A stretch of 64,000 bases of DNA from Candidatus Microgenomatus sp. (GCA_020724805.1 DYGI01000001.1:175157-239156), one strand, 5' to 3'. Positions 1-7,429 are shown, numbered from the stretch's first letter. The notes: generated by a model from the letters alone, not told the origin. Numbers and translations are program-made.

Positions 1-449
1 AGGCCATTGATCACGAAGTGGAAGGCACCCACGTGGAATTGGGGAGAAAACTTCTGAAAAAATACGGCGTGGACGAACGGGTCATTCGAGGCATGGAAGC
101 CCACCACGAGGAATACCCGTATGCAAGTCCCGAGGCATATATCATTGCGGCGGCTGACGCGATTTCGGCGGCGCGTCCCGGAGCGCGGCGCGACACACTC
201 GAGAAATACGTGAAGCGTTTGGAGACCATCGAGAAAGTGGTGAAGGAATTTGAGGGAGTGAACCAGGCGTATGCGGTTGCCGCGGGACGCGAAGTGCGCG
301 TTTTCGTGGTGCCGGAGAAAATAGACGATTTCGGCGCACTCGAACTCGCGAAAAAAATCGCGGGAAAGATACAGTCGGACGTGGATTACCCCGGTGAGAT
401 AAAAGTGACAGTCATCCGTGAGGTACGGGCAGTGGAATACGCCAGATAG
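1..449 (+). CDS. rny: ribonuclease Y, C-terminal part (5' end cut by window edge)
   Basis: In-frame from nt 3. Translation AIDHEVEGTHVELG...EAHHEEYPYASPEAYIIAAADAISAARPGARRDTLEKYVKRLE...IKVTVIREVRAVEYAR matches the conserved C-terminus (HD-domain end) of RNase Y nearly residue for residue. Confidence 0.85.
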   Translation, partial: AIDHEVEGTHVELGRKLLKKYGVDERVIRGMEAHHEEYPYASPEAYIIAAADAISAARPGARRDTLEKYVKRLETIEKVVKEFEGVNQAYAVAAGREVRVFVVPEKIDDFGALELAKKIAGKIQSDVDYPGEIKVTVIREVRAVEYAR

Positions 450-526
450 CTAGCATTGACGCGGGAAATTGTGGTATACTGGCGGCGGAAATCAAAGGTC
501 GGACCAGATTTTAAAAACAGCAACCT

Positions 527-802
527 ATGAAAAAAGATGGATTGGTTGAGGCAGTAATGAGCGCCTCTGGGATCGAAACGAAGAAGCAGGCGCAGATGGC
601 AGTCGAGGCGGTCTTTGACGCAATCGTGAAGACCTTGGGTCGCGGTGAAGAAGTCGCCGTGAGCGGCTTTGGAACGTTCCGCGTGGTGAAGCGCGCAGCG
701 CGCATGGGGGTGAACCCCAAGACCGGCGAGAAGATCCAGATCAAGGCATCCACGAAACCAAAGTTCCGCGCAGGGAAGCTCCTCAAGGAAGCGGTTCTCT
801 AG
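527..802 (+). CDS. hup: HU family DNA-binding protein
   Basis: 91 aa. GFGTFRVVKRAARMGVNPKTGEKIQI is the DNA-binding arm typical of the HU/IHF family. RBS-like aggtc upstream. Confidence 0.85.
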   Translation: MKKDGLVEAVMSASGIETKKQAQMAVEAVFDAIVKTLGRGEEVAVSGFGTFRVVKRAARMGVNPKTGEKIQIKASTKPKFRAGKLLKEAVL

Positions 803-805
803 ATT

Positions 806-866
806 CTCCTCAGTGAGGCCTCACCGAGGAGCCAAAACAAAAAACCCCTTTCGGGGTTTTTTGTTA
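806..866 (+). terminator. hup terminator: 13-bp-arm palindrome followed by a stem-loop with T-tract
   Basis: ctcctcagtgagg/cctcaccgaggag inverted repeat, then aaaacccc-tttc-ggggtttt followed by ttgtt. Confidence 0.6.
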
Positions 867-1733
867 TTTCAATATCTTTTTCACCTCCACACTCATCTCG
901 ATGAAGGAGAGATAAGCGGCTTTCACTTTTTCAAGTGAGTTGCGTACTTCGTCGCGGATGGTGGGAACGACGACTGCTTCAGTGCTCGTAGCGACCGGTT
1001 CTGTGCTGGTTGCCGTCAACTCCGGCGATCCCCCTTCTTCCGCGATTTCGACGGGAGGAGCGAGGCGGGAGAGAAGAAGACGGTGTGCGCGTTCATACGC
1101 CTCTTTCGCGTCGCCGAGGGAAATCCGCGCGTTTTTAAGATGAGTTGAGAGCGTTTCGGTACCTCGTATCTTGGCGCGTTCCAATTTTGCGACGTCGCTT
1201 GCGATCTTCGTAAGGCGGGAATCAGCCACTTTAAGTGCGCGCGCCTGCCCGGCGACGAGAAGAAATTCTTCCGCCTCGTTCACGATCGGCGCCAACGACA
1301 CCTCCCGCCATTCCTTGAAGGATGCGGCGAGGTTTTTTACACCTTGAAGGTCGAGCGGGGTTGTGGTGGTAGTGAGTGCTCCAAACACCTCTTTGTAATG
1401 GTTTTCCGCCGCGGCAATTCCATCCTCTACTCGGGTTCGCCATGCGGCGAGTACTTCTTTCTCAATGCCTTCAAGTTCGGTGGAGAGGAGTTTCACTTTC
1501 AGCGTTTTTGCCTCTTCCGCGGAAAACTCAAGCACCTTTTTGAACGCTTGGATGCGGAGCACCAGGTCGTCTGCAAGGTTCTCGTCTTTCGCGGACACTA
1601 GATCGTCCAATTTCGTTTTCACCTCTTCGAATGCTTTTTGGACTGCGGGCGCCTGTGCAGAAGCTGTTGGTGTTGCCATCACTACCAGCGTGGAAGCGAG
1701 AAACATCGCGATGAGAAAAGAAAGGTATCTCAT
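864..1733 (-). CDS. secreted coiled-coil protein, hypothetical (last gene of the ECF sigma operon)
   Basis: ORF 864..1757. Start trimmed to M9 (MRYLSFLIAMFLASTLVVMATPTASAQA, signal-peptide-like). Rest is Lys/Glu/Ala-rich predicted coiled coil. Lies 4 nt downstream of the anti-sigma-like gene. Confidence 0.5.
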   Translation of the reverse strand: MRYLSFLIAMFLASTLVVMATPTASAQAPAVQKAFEEVKTKLDDLVSAKDENLADDLVLRIQAFKKVLEFSAEEAKTLKVKLLSTELEGIEKEVLAAWRTRVEDGIAAAENHYKEVFGALTTTTTPLDLQGVKNLAASFKEWREVSLAPIVNEAEEFLLVAGQARALKVADSRLTKIASDVAKLERAKIRGTETLSTHLKNARISLGDAKEAYERAHRLLLSRLAPPVEIAEEGGSPELTATSTEPVATSTEAVVVPTIRDEVRNSLEKVKAAYLSFIEMSVEVKKILK

Positions 1734-1737
1734 AGGT

Positions 1738-2193
1738 CTATTCAAGCACTTTATCAAGGAGCACGTCTATGTCGCTCGAGGAGCTTGCAGCTTCGAGTGA
1801 AGAGAATTCCGAGGAGAGCACGGAAGAATTCAAATGGGCTCCCTCAGTTTCGGTGATTTCGGCAATGGCGGACTCAAGCGTCCGTTCAGTCGAGGCTCGA
1901 TAGGTAAGTTCCTGAAGTTCAATATTGATAGGAAGTTCGGCGAGTTCTCCGGAGAGAAGTTCCTCGTTGAGCGAGGCGGAAAGGGTGGGTTTGGCGGGGA
2001 GCGAAAAGGTTGCCACGAAAAGGAACATAAGCGCGAATGTGAGCGCGCCCGCCCATTCAAGAGAGCGCCAGGGGCTTGCGGTGATGCGCGGTTCAAGCGC
2101 GGCAAGGAGACGCGTGCGACCGTGCGCCATAAGCGCAGGGTGCGGCCTTACGCGTTTCAAAGCTTTTAGTTGTGCGGCGATGTGATTCGTCAT
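1738..2193 (-). CDS. putative anti-sigma factor (single-TM membrane protein)
   Basis: 151 aa, one hydrophobic helix (ALTFALMFLFVATF). Start overlaps the sigma-factor stop (ATGA at 2190-2193), a typical sigma/anti-sigma coupling. No zinc-binding anti-sigma motif seen. Confidence 0.4.
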   Translation of the reverse strand: MTNHIAAQLKALKRVRPHPALMAHGRTRLLAALEPRITASPWRSLEWAGALTFALMFLFVATFSLPAKPTLSASLNEELLSGELAELPINIELQELTYRASTERTLESAIAEITETEGAHLNSSVLSSEFSSLEAASSSSDIDVLLDKVLE

Positions 2194-2744
2194 GTTCTTT
2201 CGCGAGGGTTCTTTTCGTGTAATTCTTTGAGCTTTTTCAGTGCGCGGTGCTGGATGACGCGAACCGCTCCTTCCGTTTTTCCCAGCGCTTCCGCGATCTC
2301 CTTGTTCGTCATGTCGTCCACGAATTTCATGAGGAGCACGTTTTGTTGGTCGTGCTCGAGATTGGTAAGCATGACCCGGACGTGATGAAGGTCAATTGCG
2401 GTATCCACCGCTTCTCCCATCCCATCAGGTTCCGAAAGCGCCTCTTCCGGGATAGCCTCGAGGGGTGCATGGGTCCTGGCGGTGCGGTAGTGGTCGATGA
2501 CCGCGTTTGTGGCGATGCGGTAGAGCCAGGACCCGAATGGGAACCCGCGTGATTCATAACGGTGGAGATTCTGCCACGCATTCATGAATATCTGGTGGGT
2601 CAGGTCCTCGGCATCCTCCTTCTGGCGCGTGCGGAGAAGCACGAACCGGTAGATGCGGGGCATATAGAGGTCATAGAGCGCCCCAAACGAGGCCGCGTCG
2701 CCGCCCTTTGCTTTCGAAATGAGCTCTTCTTCTCTTTCCCTCAT
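2190..2744 (-). CDS. RNA polymerase ECF-type sigma-70 factor
   Basis: 184 aa with sigma70 region 2 (YRFVLLRTRQKEDAEDLTHQIFMNAWQNLHRY) and region 4 HTH (MTNKEIAEALGKTEGAVRVIQHRALKKLKE). Confidence 0.85.
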   Translation of the reverse strand: MREREEELISKAKGGDAASFGALYDLYMPRIYRFVLLRTRQKEDAEDLTHQIFMNAWQNLHRYESRGFPFGSWLYRIATNAVIDHYRTARTHAPLEAIPEEALSEPDGMGEAVDTAIDLHHVRVMLTNLEHDQQNVLLMKFVDDMTNKEIAEALGKTEGAVRVIQHRALKKLKELHEKNPRERT

Positions 2745-2806
2745 ACGCTAGAACGATGGCGCAAAGCGCTTTGTTTCTCTATGAATGAACGATAGCTTCA
2801 TGGTGT

Positions 2807-2840
2807 TGTAACGTTACACGCTTCTCGTGAGCGTTACAAG
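2807..2840. promoter_or_regulatory. perfect 12-bp palindrome TGTAACGTTACA plus direct CGTTACA repeat in the ECF sigma operon promoter region
   Basis: tgtaacgttaca at 2807-2818 and a second cgttaca about 22 nt away. Lies upstream of a 17-codon uORF (minus strand, about 2749-2801) that ends 4 nt before the sigma start. Confidence 0.3.
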
Positions 2841-2934
2841 CGGTTTCGGTAATAAATATAGCCCTTCGATGAACTCAGGGTACTTAGCCTGGCCCGCCAG
2901 TGTTTACACTGAGCAAGCGTAAGCGAGTCGAAGT

Positions 2935-3115
2935 GTGCGGGATGGGAGAGATCGGCTTCGCCTCTCGCTTCGCTCGGGCCCCTCGGTCATGAGTCCTCGG
3001 GGTCGAATGACTAGCCACCGCCTCGCCGTGCCTGCGGCACATGCTCCGGCGTTCGATTCTCCACGCGAGCCAAGCAGTTGGCTCGCTCATCCGCAATATA
3101 GAATGTACTTATTAG
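2935..3115 (-). repeat. tRNA-linked element, Gly copy (family member 1)
   Basis: About 180 nt immediately 3' of tRNA-Gly. Contains an inverted T-arm copy (plus-strand ctccggcgttcgattctcc) and a 22-nt hairpin gcgagccaagcagttggctcgc. Ends with a 15-nt direct copy (gtgcgggatgggaga, 2935-2949) of the tRNA 3' end (3115-3129). Homologous to the elements at 5776-5930 and 54222-54370. Confidence 0.6.
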
Positions 3116-3186
3116 TGCGGGATGGGAGAATCGAACTCCCGCTCTCAGTTTGGAAAACTGACGTTCTGCCACTAAACTAATCCCGC
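3116..3186 (-). tRNA. tRNA-Gly (anticodon TCC)
   Basis: Cloverleaf GCGGGAT-TA-GTTT-AGTGGCA-GAAC-G-TCAGT-TTTCCAA-ACTGA-GAGC-GGGAG-TTCGATT-CTCCC-ATCCCGC-A with a 4-nt variable loop. No encoded CCA. The loop could be mis-read as CCA (Trp), but the stem register gives TCC. Confidence 0.75.
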
Positions 3187-3262
3187 TTCTTCAGGGCTAG
3201 AATACACAATAAATCACGCGAGGTACAGGGTTCTAATTTGCCGAGGATGACGCCCGTAGGAT

Positions 3263-3886
3263 ATGATGGGCTCGATGAATTTTGCGAAGCTCAAAACACC
3301 AAAAATACTGATGCGTGCCGCACTCCTTCTTGTAGGGGTGGGGCTGCTCGCGTATTTGGTGGGTTCGAGTGTGGCGGCATCGCGCCTCCCCGAGGAATTT
3401 GTGCGCGCACGTCAAAATGCCGCACTTACAAGTCAGGACATCGTGGACCTCACCAAACTCACGAGCGAACGACTTGCCGAAGTGAATCTTTTGGAGTTGA
3501 AGGGCGACATCGTGCGGGCGCTTACGGTGGTTGCAGATGCGCGCACTTCAAACCAAGCCGCCTACAGTAAGGCGTTCGAGCTTACTCAGGATCTCCAAGA
3601 GCTTGCGAAGTCGCTCGGTGGAGTCCCTTCGATAGCCAAGCAGCGGGAGGGTTCCGAGGCAGTTGCCATTGAACTTTCGCTTGTGTCCGAGTTTATCATC
3701 TATACCCAGAAGGTGGATACATTTTTGGACGCACTTGAACGCGCCATTCGTTTCAATGTTGAATCGAATCGCGCTGCTGCGGCGGCCGCACTCGACGAGG
3801 TGAACGCGAAGGTGGTCTCTATCAACGCGCTGAATAATGCGTTTCGGAGAGCCATAGGAACCTTCGACGCTCCGGAAGGGGAATAG
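3263..3886 (+). CDS. hypothetical membrane-anchored protein
   Basis: 207 aa. N-terminal TM/signal segment (AALLLVGVGLLAYLVGSSVAA), rest Ala/Leu-rich helical. Start ambiguous (M at 3263, 3266, 3275 or 3311). Confidence 0.45.
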   Translation: MMGSMNFAKLKTPKILMRAALLLVGVGLLAYLVGSSVAASRLPEEFVRARQNAALTSQDIVDLTKLTSERLAEVNLLELKGDIVRALTVVADARTSNQAAYSKAFELTQDLQELAKSLGGVPSIAKQREGSEAVAIELSLVSEFIIYTQKVDTFLDALERAIRFNVESNRAAAAAALDEVNAKVVSINALNNAFRRAIGTFDAPEGE

Positions 3887-3968
3887 AAGGCGTTCCCGGC
3901 GATACGGCAAAAAAAGAGCCCGCGACCTACTTGGTCGGGGCTCACACGTCTTGTTGCGCGCACCTTTT

Positions 3969-4466
3969 TCACGGACGCCTCTTCCGGCCTTCCTTACATC
4001 CGGTGCACTTCGTGGCAACGGGAACCGCTTCGAGTCGCTCTTTGGGGATGAGCTCTCCGCACGATTCACACACGCCGTATGCTTTTTTCCCCATCCTTTG
4101 GAGTAGGACTCCTACCGTCACAGGTTGATGCTCCGCATGAAGCGATTCGACACACAGAATGGTCTTCCCAAGCAACTTCTCCGCATCGAGGAGGGAATTG
4201 CAAAAATTCGCTCCCTTGTCGGATATTATTCCAGCGACCTCCCTGTCCTGGGATTCTCCCCCTCCCTCCATATGGCTGGAGTATATATTCGATTCGAAGT
4301 GCTCGCGGAGCGACGCTCCGATCGGTTCGTAGGTATCCACGGTTTCCATTTTCCTTATATCCATGAGTTTGCGGAGTCCGTGGAGTGTGGAGAGACTGTG
4401 GAACATCGTGACGCCATTTCCGCCTGATGGGGGAATGCGTGTTGCAGCTAGAGCCGTTTTACCCAT
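3969..4466 (-). CDS. DksA/TraR-family C4 zinc-finger protein with N-terminal extension
   Basis: C-terminal CESCGELIPKERLEAVPVATKCTGC (C-x2-C-x17-C-x2-C). Strong SD aagggagg 6 nt before the ATG at 4466. An internal start at about 4364 is possible. Confidence 0.55.
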   Translation of the reverse strand: MGKTALAATRIPPSGGNGVTMFHSLSTLHGLRKLMDIRKMETVDTYEPIGASLREHFESNIYSSHMEGGGESQDREVAGIISDKGANFCNSLLDAEKLLGKTILCVESLHAEHQPVTVGVLLQRMGKKAYGVCESCGELIPKERLEAVPVATKCTGCKEGRKRRP

Positions 4467-4713
4467 GGTACCTCCCTTGATGCTTGTGATGGATAGAATC
4501 GTGAATTACTAGGCCAATGTGTAGGTGGCCTTCATTCGCGCCGCACGACTCCCTCCACCGCGTACTCTCGTACCGGTTGGTGCATAGGAATCTCCCTCCT
4601 TTCCAATGAGAATTTAGGAACCTCACTTACGATACTATGCAAGACAAATGTGTCAATTATGGTAGGCACATTCAGCCTGCTGGCTTCAGTACTTCCTTAC
4701 CTTCGTGCGTCAG

Positions 4714-4784
4714 TCGGGGCGCCGAGAGTCGAACTCGGTCTACCTGCTCCCAAAGCAGGCGTACTGCCGTCATACGCCGCCCCG
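4714..4784 (-). tRNA. tRNA-Pro (anticodon TGG)
   Basis: CGGGGCG acceptor, anticodon arm CCTGC-TTTGGGA-GCAGG, T-arm CCGAG-TTCGACT-CTCGG, discriminator A, no CCA. Position 8 is G (unusual). Confidence 0.7.
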
Positions 4785-4831
4785 TACCCGTTTACCTTAC
4801 GCACTTTTTCATTTACCATCAACCTGAATCG

Positions 4832-4903
4832 CCCCCCGTAGCACAATGGATAGTGCAGGGCTCTTCTAAGGCCTTGATGTGGGTTCGATTCCTACCGGGG
4901 GGA
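4832..4903 (+). tRNA. tRNA-Arg (anticodon TCT)
   Basis: CCCCCCG acceptor, D-arm GCAC-AATGGATA-GTGC, anticodon loop CTTCTAA, T-arm GTGGG-TTCGATT-CCTAC, CGGGGGG-A, no CCA. Confidence 0.8.
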
Positions 4904-4912
4904 CAAGCAAGG

Positions 4913-4934
4913 AAATATGCGAAAGGCATATTTT
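4913..4934 (+). terminator. rho-independent terminator after tRNA-Arg
   Basis: aaatatgc-gaaag-gcatattt plus T. Confidence 0.55.
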
Positions 4935-4957
4935 CGAGCGCGGGCGCCTGGCCGTAA

Positions 4958-4971
4958 GTACCGGGGACAAG
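4958..4971 (+). repeat. direct partial copy of the tRNA-Arg 3' end (mini version of the tRNA-linked duplication)
   Basis: gtaccggggacaag, versus tRNA 3' end ctaccggggggacaag about 65 nt upstream. Confidence 0.35.
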
Positions 4972-4987
4972 TAAGGGAATTAATCAC

Positions 4988-5725
4988 ATGTTTTTAACGA
5001 TTCTTGGCGCAAGCATAATCGGAAGTGTAGTTGCCCTTTCTGGAGGCGCGCTCCTGTTGTGGCGCGCGGAAAAAGCGCGGAAAATCTCGCTCGTCCTCGT
5101 GAGCTTCGCGGCGGGCGCACTTCTTGGCGCGGCGTTCTTCGACCTCCTTCCCGAGATGCACGAAGTGCTTCCCACGAGCGCGGTGTATGGAAGCGTGGTA
5201 GTCGGGATTCTCATTCTCCTTTTCTTCGAAAAATTTCTGAAGTGGTATCACTGTCACGACAAAACGGTGTGCGAGTATCACACATTCTCAAGCTCAATTC
5301 TTTTTGGCGATGCGGTCCACAATTTTCTTGACGGGGTCGCGATTGCCGCGAGCTTTTTTGTGAGTGTGCCGGTAGGAATTGCCACCACGGTCGCAGTGTT
5401 TTTCCATGAGGTACCTCAGGAAATAGGGGACTTCGGCGCACTTCTCCATGCGGGTTATTCGCGGGCGAAGGTGTGGTGGCTGAACGTCGCGACCTCACTG
5501 GCGACGCCAATCGGCGCCGTGCTCGCGTATTTTTTTCTCCCGTTCTTCCAAAATTTCCTCGGTTACTTCCTTGGAGTTGCGGCGGGAGCGTTCATTTACA
5601 TTGCGGTTTCCGACTTGATGCCCGAGATTCGGCATCACGCGGCGCCGAAGGAATTCCTCCATTTTTTCATGATCCTACTCGGCATCGTATCTATTATTCT
5701 TGTGGGACTGGTAGTGCCGGAGTAA
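4988..5725 (+). CDS. zupT: ZIP family divalent-metal (zinc) transporter
   Basis: 245 aa, multi-TM. HEVPQEIGDFGALL and HNFLDGVAIAASF signature motifs of ZIP/ZupT. Confidence 0.85.
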   Translation: MFLTILGASIIGSVVALSGGALLLWRAEKARKISLVLVSFAAGALLGAAFFDLLPEMHEVLPTSAVYGSVVVGILILLFFEKFLKWYHCHDKTVCEYHTFSSSILFGDAVHNFLDGVAIAASFFVSVPVGIATTVAVFFHEVPQEIGDFGALLHAGYSRAKVWWLNVATSLATPIGAVLAYFFLPFFQNFLGYFLGVAAGAFIYIAVSDLMPEIRHHAAPKEFLHFFMILLGIVSIILVGLVVPE

Positions 5726-5748
5726 AACCAGCAATTTGTATTTAGAAC

Positions 5749-5775
5749 AAAAAACCGCCATACGGCGGTTTTTTG
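5749..5775. terminator. bidirectional terminator (zupT / tRNA-Phe transcript)
   Basis: aaaaaccgcc-ata-cggcggtttttt, with an A-tract on one side and a T-tract on the other. Confidence 0.65.
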
Positions 5776-5930
5776 TCTTTGTGCCGCGGGAGGGAATCGC
5801 CTGCAAGTTCCTCTCTGCGGACTCGCAGGCCGCCCCTCGGTCGCATGCGCGACCTGCGGTCTTCGATTTCCGATCACGAGTCGCCCCGCGGCTCGCTTCC
5901 CGCGTGACTGCGTTCACTAGCGTTCTCTTG
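5776..5930 (-). repeat. tRNA-linked element, Phe copy (family member 2)
   Basis: 3' of tRNA-Phe. Ends with a 24-nt direct copy (tctttgtgccgcgggagggaatcg, 5776-5799, one indel) of the tRNA 3' region (5926-5948). Shares blocks with the Gly copy: gcccctcggtc(gc)atg, cctgcgg..ttcgatt(t/c)c. Confidence 0.5.
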
Positions 5931-6002
5931 TGCCGCGGGAGGGAATCGAACCCCCGACGCCAGCCTCTTCAGGGCTGCGCTCTACCACTGAGCTACCGCG
6001 GC
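5931..6002 (-). tRNA. tRNA-Phe (anticodon GAA)
   Basis: GCCGCGG-TA-GCTC-AGTGGTA-GAGC-G-CAGCC-CTGAAGA-GGCTG-GCGTC-GGGGG-TTCGATT-CCCTC-CCGCGGC-A; no CCA. Confidence 0.85.
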
Positions 6003-6120
6003 AAGTGATGAGCGAAATGTGCAAAATGAATATATCAAACTTTCCCCGCTTAATAAAGGAAGTTTGACACATCATTATTTTTATGTTTTACTCAACACGG
6101 CACATATCGGAGGAGACACT

Positions 6121-6498
6121 ATGGAAATCAATCATGGTCCAACCGTACTCGTGGTGGACGACGATGTCGCGTTTCAGGAAGTTCTCCAGTATTGGGGTTC
6201 GATGAGCGGCGTGAAAATAATTTCCGCGCTCACCACCGACGAAGGGCTCGAGAATTTCGAAGAATCGCGCCCGAATGTGATCGCAATGGATGGGCAAATT
6301 CCGGGGAGTGTGGATTCCTTGGAATTAGTGCGCATGATGCGGGCGAGAGGATTCGATGATCACATCATCGCAATCTCGAGCTACTCCGAAGTTCGGAAGA
6401 AGTTTATGGCCGGGGGAAGCAAGGAAGGATGCGACCTGGAGTGCGAGAAAGCAAACCTCACCTCCATGCTCGAGAATGTTCTCGACCTTCACCTTTGA
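6121..6498 (+). CDS. single-domain response regulator (CheY-like receiver only)
   Basis: 125 aa. TVLVVDDDVAFQEV...VIAMDGQIPG...IIAISSY matches the receiver-domain acidic pocket/phospho-Asp/T-loop layout. SD ggagga 6 nt upstream. Candidate TTGACA-17-TTTACT promoter at about 6064-6092. Confidence 0.65.
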   Translation: MEINHGPTVLVVDDDVAFQEVLQYWGSMSGVKIISALTTDEGLENFEESRPNVIAMDGQIPGSVDSLELVRMMRARGFDDHIIAISSYSEVRKKFMAGGSKEGCDLECEKANLTSMLENVLDLHL

Positions 6499-6509
6499 GG
6501 TAACCATAT

Positions 6510-6580
6510 TCCACGCGCATTTCGCGCGTGGAGCAGAAAACGCCTGGTAGGACGATTGCACCGGGCGTTATTTTTTTTCG
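6510..6580. terminator. convergent terminator region between receiver gene and DedA gene
   Basis: Perfect hairpin tccacgcgc-atttc-gcgcgtgga, then cgcctgg..ccgggcg followed by T8. Confidence 0.5.
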
Positions 6581-7227
6581 GCGTGGAAGTCCACTTCTCC
6601 CTCTTCGTCCAGTTGAATTTTGTTGCCGGCCTGGAACGATTTTTGGAGTATTTTCTTAAGGAAGTGCTCGCCCGCGAAAATCAGGATCATCGTAATGAGA
6701 ATGCCGATTTCTATCTGGCGAAACACTTTTTCGGTACGAAGGTAACTGAAGCCGGAGGCAAGGAAGTATGCTATGGCGGTTGCGGAGAAAAACCAGAGCA
6801 TCACACTTGTGAGTTGGGATTTCATGAATCGCCAAAACCCCACCTTCGACCAACTTACCGCGAGTACTGCAAATATGTTCGCGGCGACGAGGAATTTTGA
6901 GATAATCATCAATTTATTGATGTTCTCCTTCACGTAGTACATGTAGAACTGTGCTCGGCGGCTATGCTTCATTTTCATGTACCACCGCCATCCGAGGCGG
7001 GTGTTCCGCACTACGCGTCCGAGAAGGTAGAGGAGCGTATCACCTACGATGAGTGAAGTTACGGCCGGAATGATGAATCCACCCCACGTGAGACTGCCGC
7101 CGACGACAAGGAAGACGGCCACGAGCACGACCACTTCGCCCTGGAAAAGGATGGCGAGCGCGATGATCCAGTGGCTCCACTCGGGGTACTGGAGCACGAG
7201 TTCGCCTAAGTTATCGAGGATTCCCAT
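6568..7227 (-). CDS. DedA/TVP38 family membrane protein
   Basis: 219 aa, multi-TM. FQGEVVVLVAVFLVVGGSL...VGDTLLYLLGRVV resembles the DedA GE..G...GD..Y.LGR core. Confidence 0.5.
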   Translation of the reverse strand: MGILDNLGELVLQYPEWSHWIIALAILFQGEVVVLVAVFLVVGGSLTWGGFIIPAVTSLIVGDTLLYLLGRVVRNTRLGWRWYMKMKHSRRAQFYMYYVKENINKLMIISKFLVAANIFAVLAVSWSKVGFWRFMKSQLTSVMLWFFSATAIAYFLASGFSYLRTEKVFRQIEIGILITMILIFAGEHFLKKILQKSFQAGNKIQLDEEGEVDFHAEKK

Positions 7228-7275
7228 GAAATATTGCCCCCATCGGGGACCCGTACTATTATACGGGAGTCAGAT

Positions 7276-7350
7276 GGTGCCCGTAGTTCAATGGCAGAAC
7301 GCCTCTCTGTGGAGGAGGTCACGTGGGTTCGATTCCCATCGGGCACCCCA
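7276..7350 (+). tRNA. tRNA-His (anticodon GTG) with G-1 and encoded CCA
   Basis: G(-1)-GTGCCCG-TA-GTTC-AATGGCA-GAAC-G-CCTCT-CTGTGGA-GGAGG-TCAC-GTGGG-TTCGATT-CCCAT-CGGGCAC-C-CCA. Confidence 0.85.
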
Positions 7351-7429
7351 GTAACAAGTCGTCCTTTCGCTGTGTTATCCTTTATAGGTAAAGGGTCGAC
7401 ACACGAAAGTCGGAAACCGTATATCTACC

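Noticed and set aside
2880-3115. Possible tmRNA, SRP RNA or RNase P RNA in the region with tRNA-like 3' end (gtgcgggatgggaga) and TTCGATT motifs
   Set aside because: No tag-peptide reading frame ending in a hydrophobic AA-stop, no GGAAGCAGCCA (SRP) or GNRA/P4 RNase P motifs, and no proper acceptor/T-arm pairing. The tRNA-like pieces are better explained as the inverted and direct partial copies belonging to the tRNA-linked element family.
3548-4069. 173-aa minus-strand ORF overlapping the 207-aa plus-strand gene and the DksA-like gene
   Set aside because: Pro/Arg/Ser-rich, overlaps two better-supported genes (one with a strong SD), no motifs.
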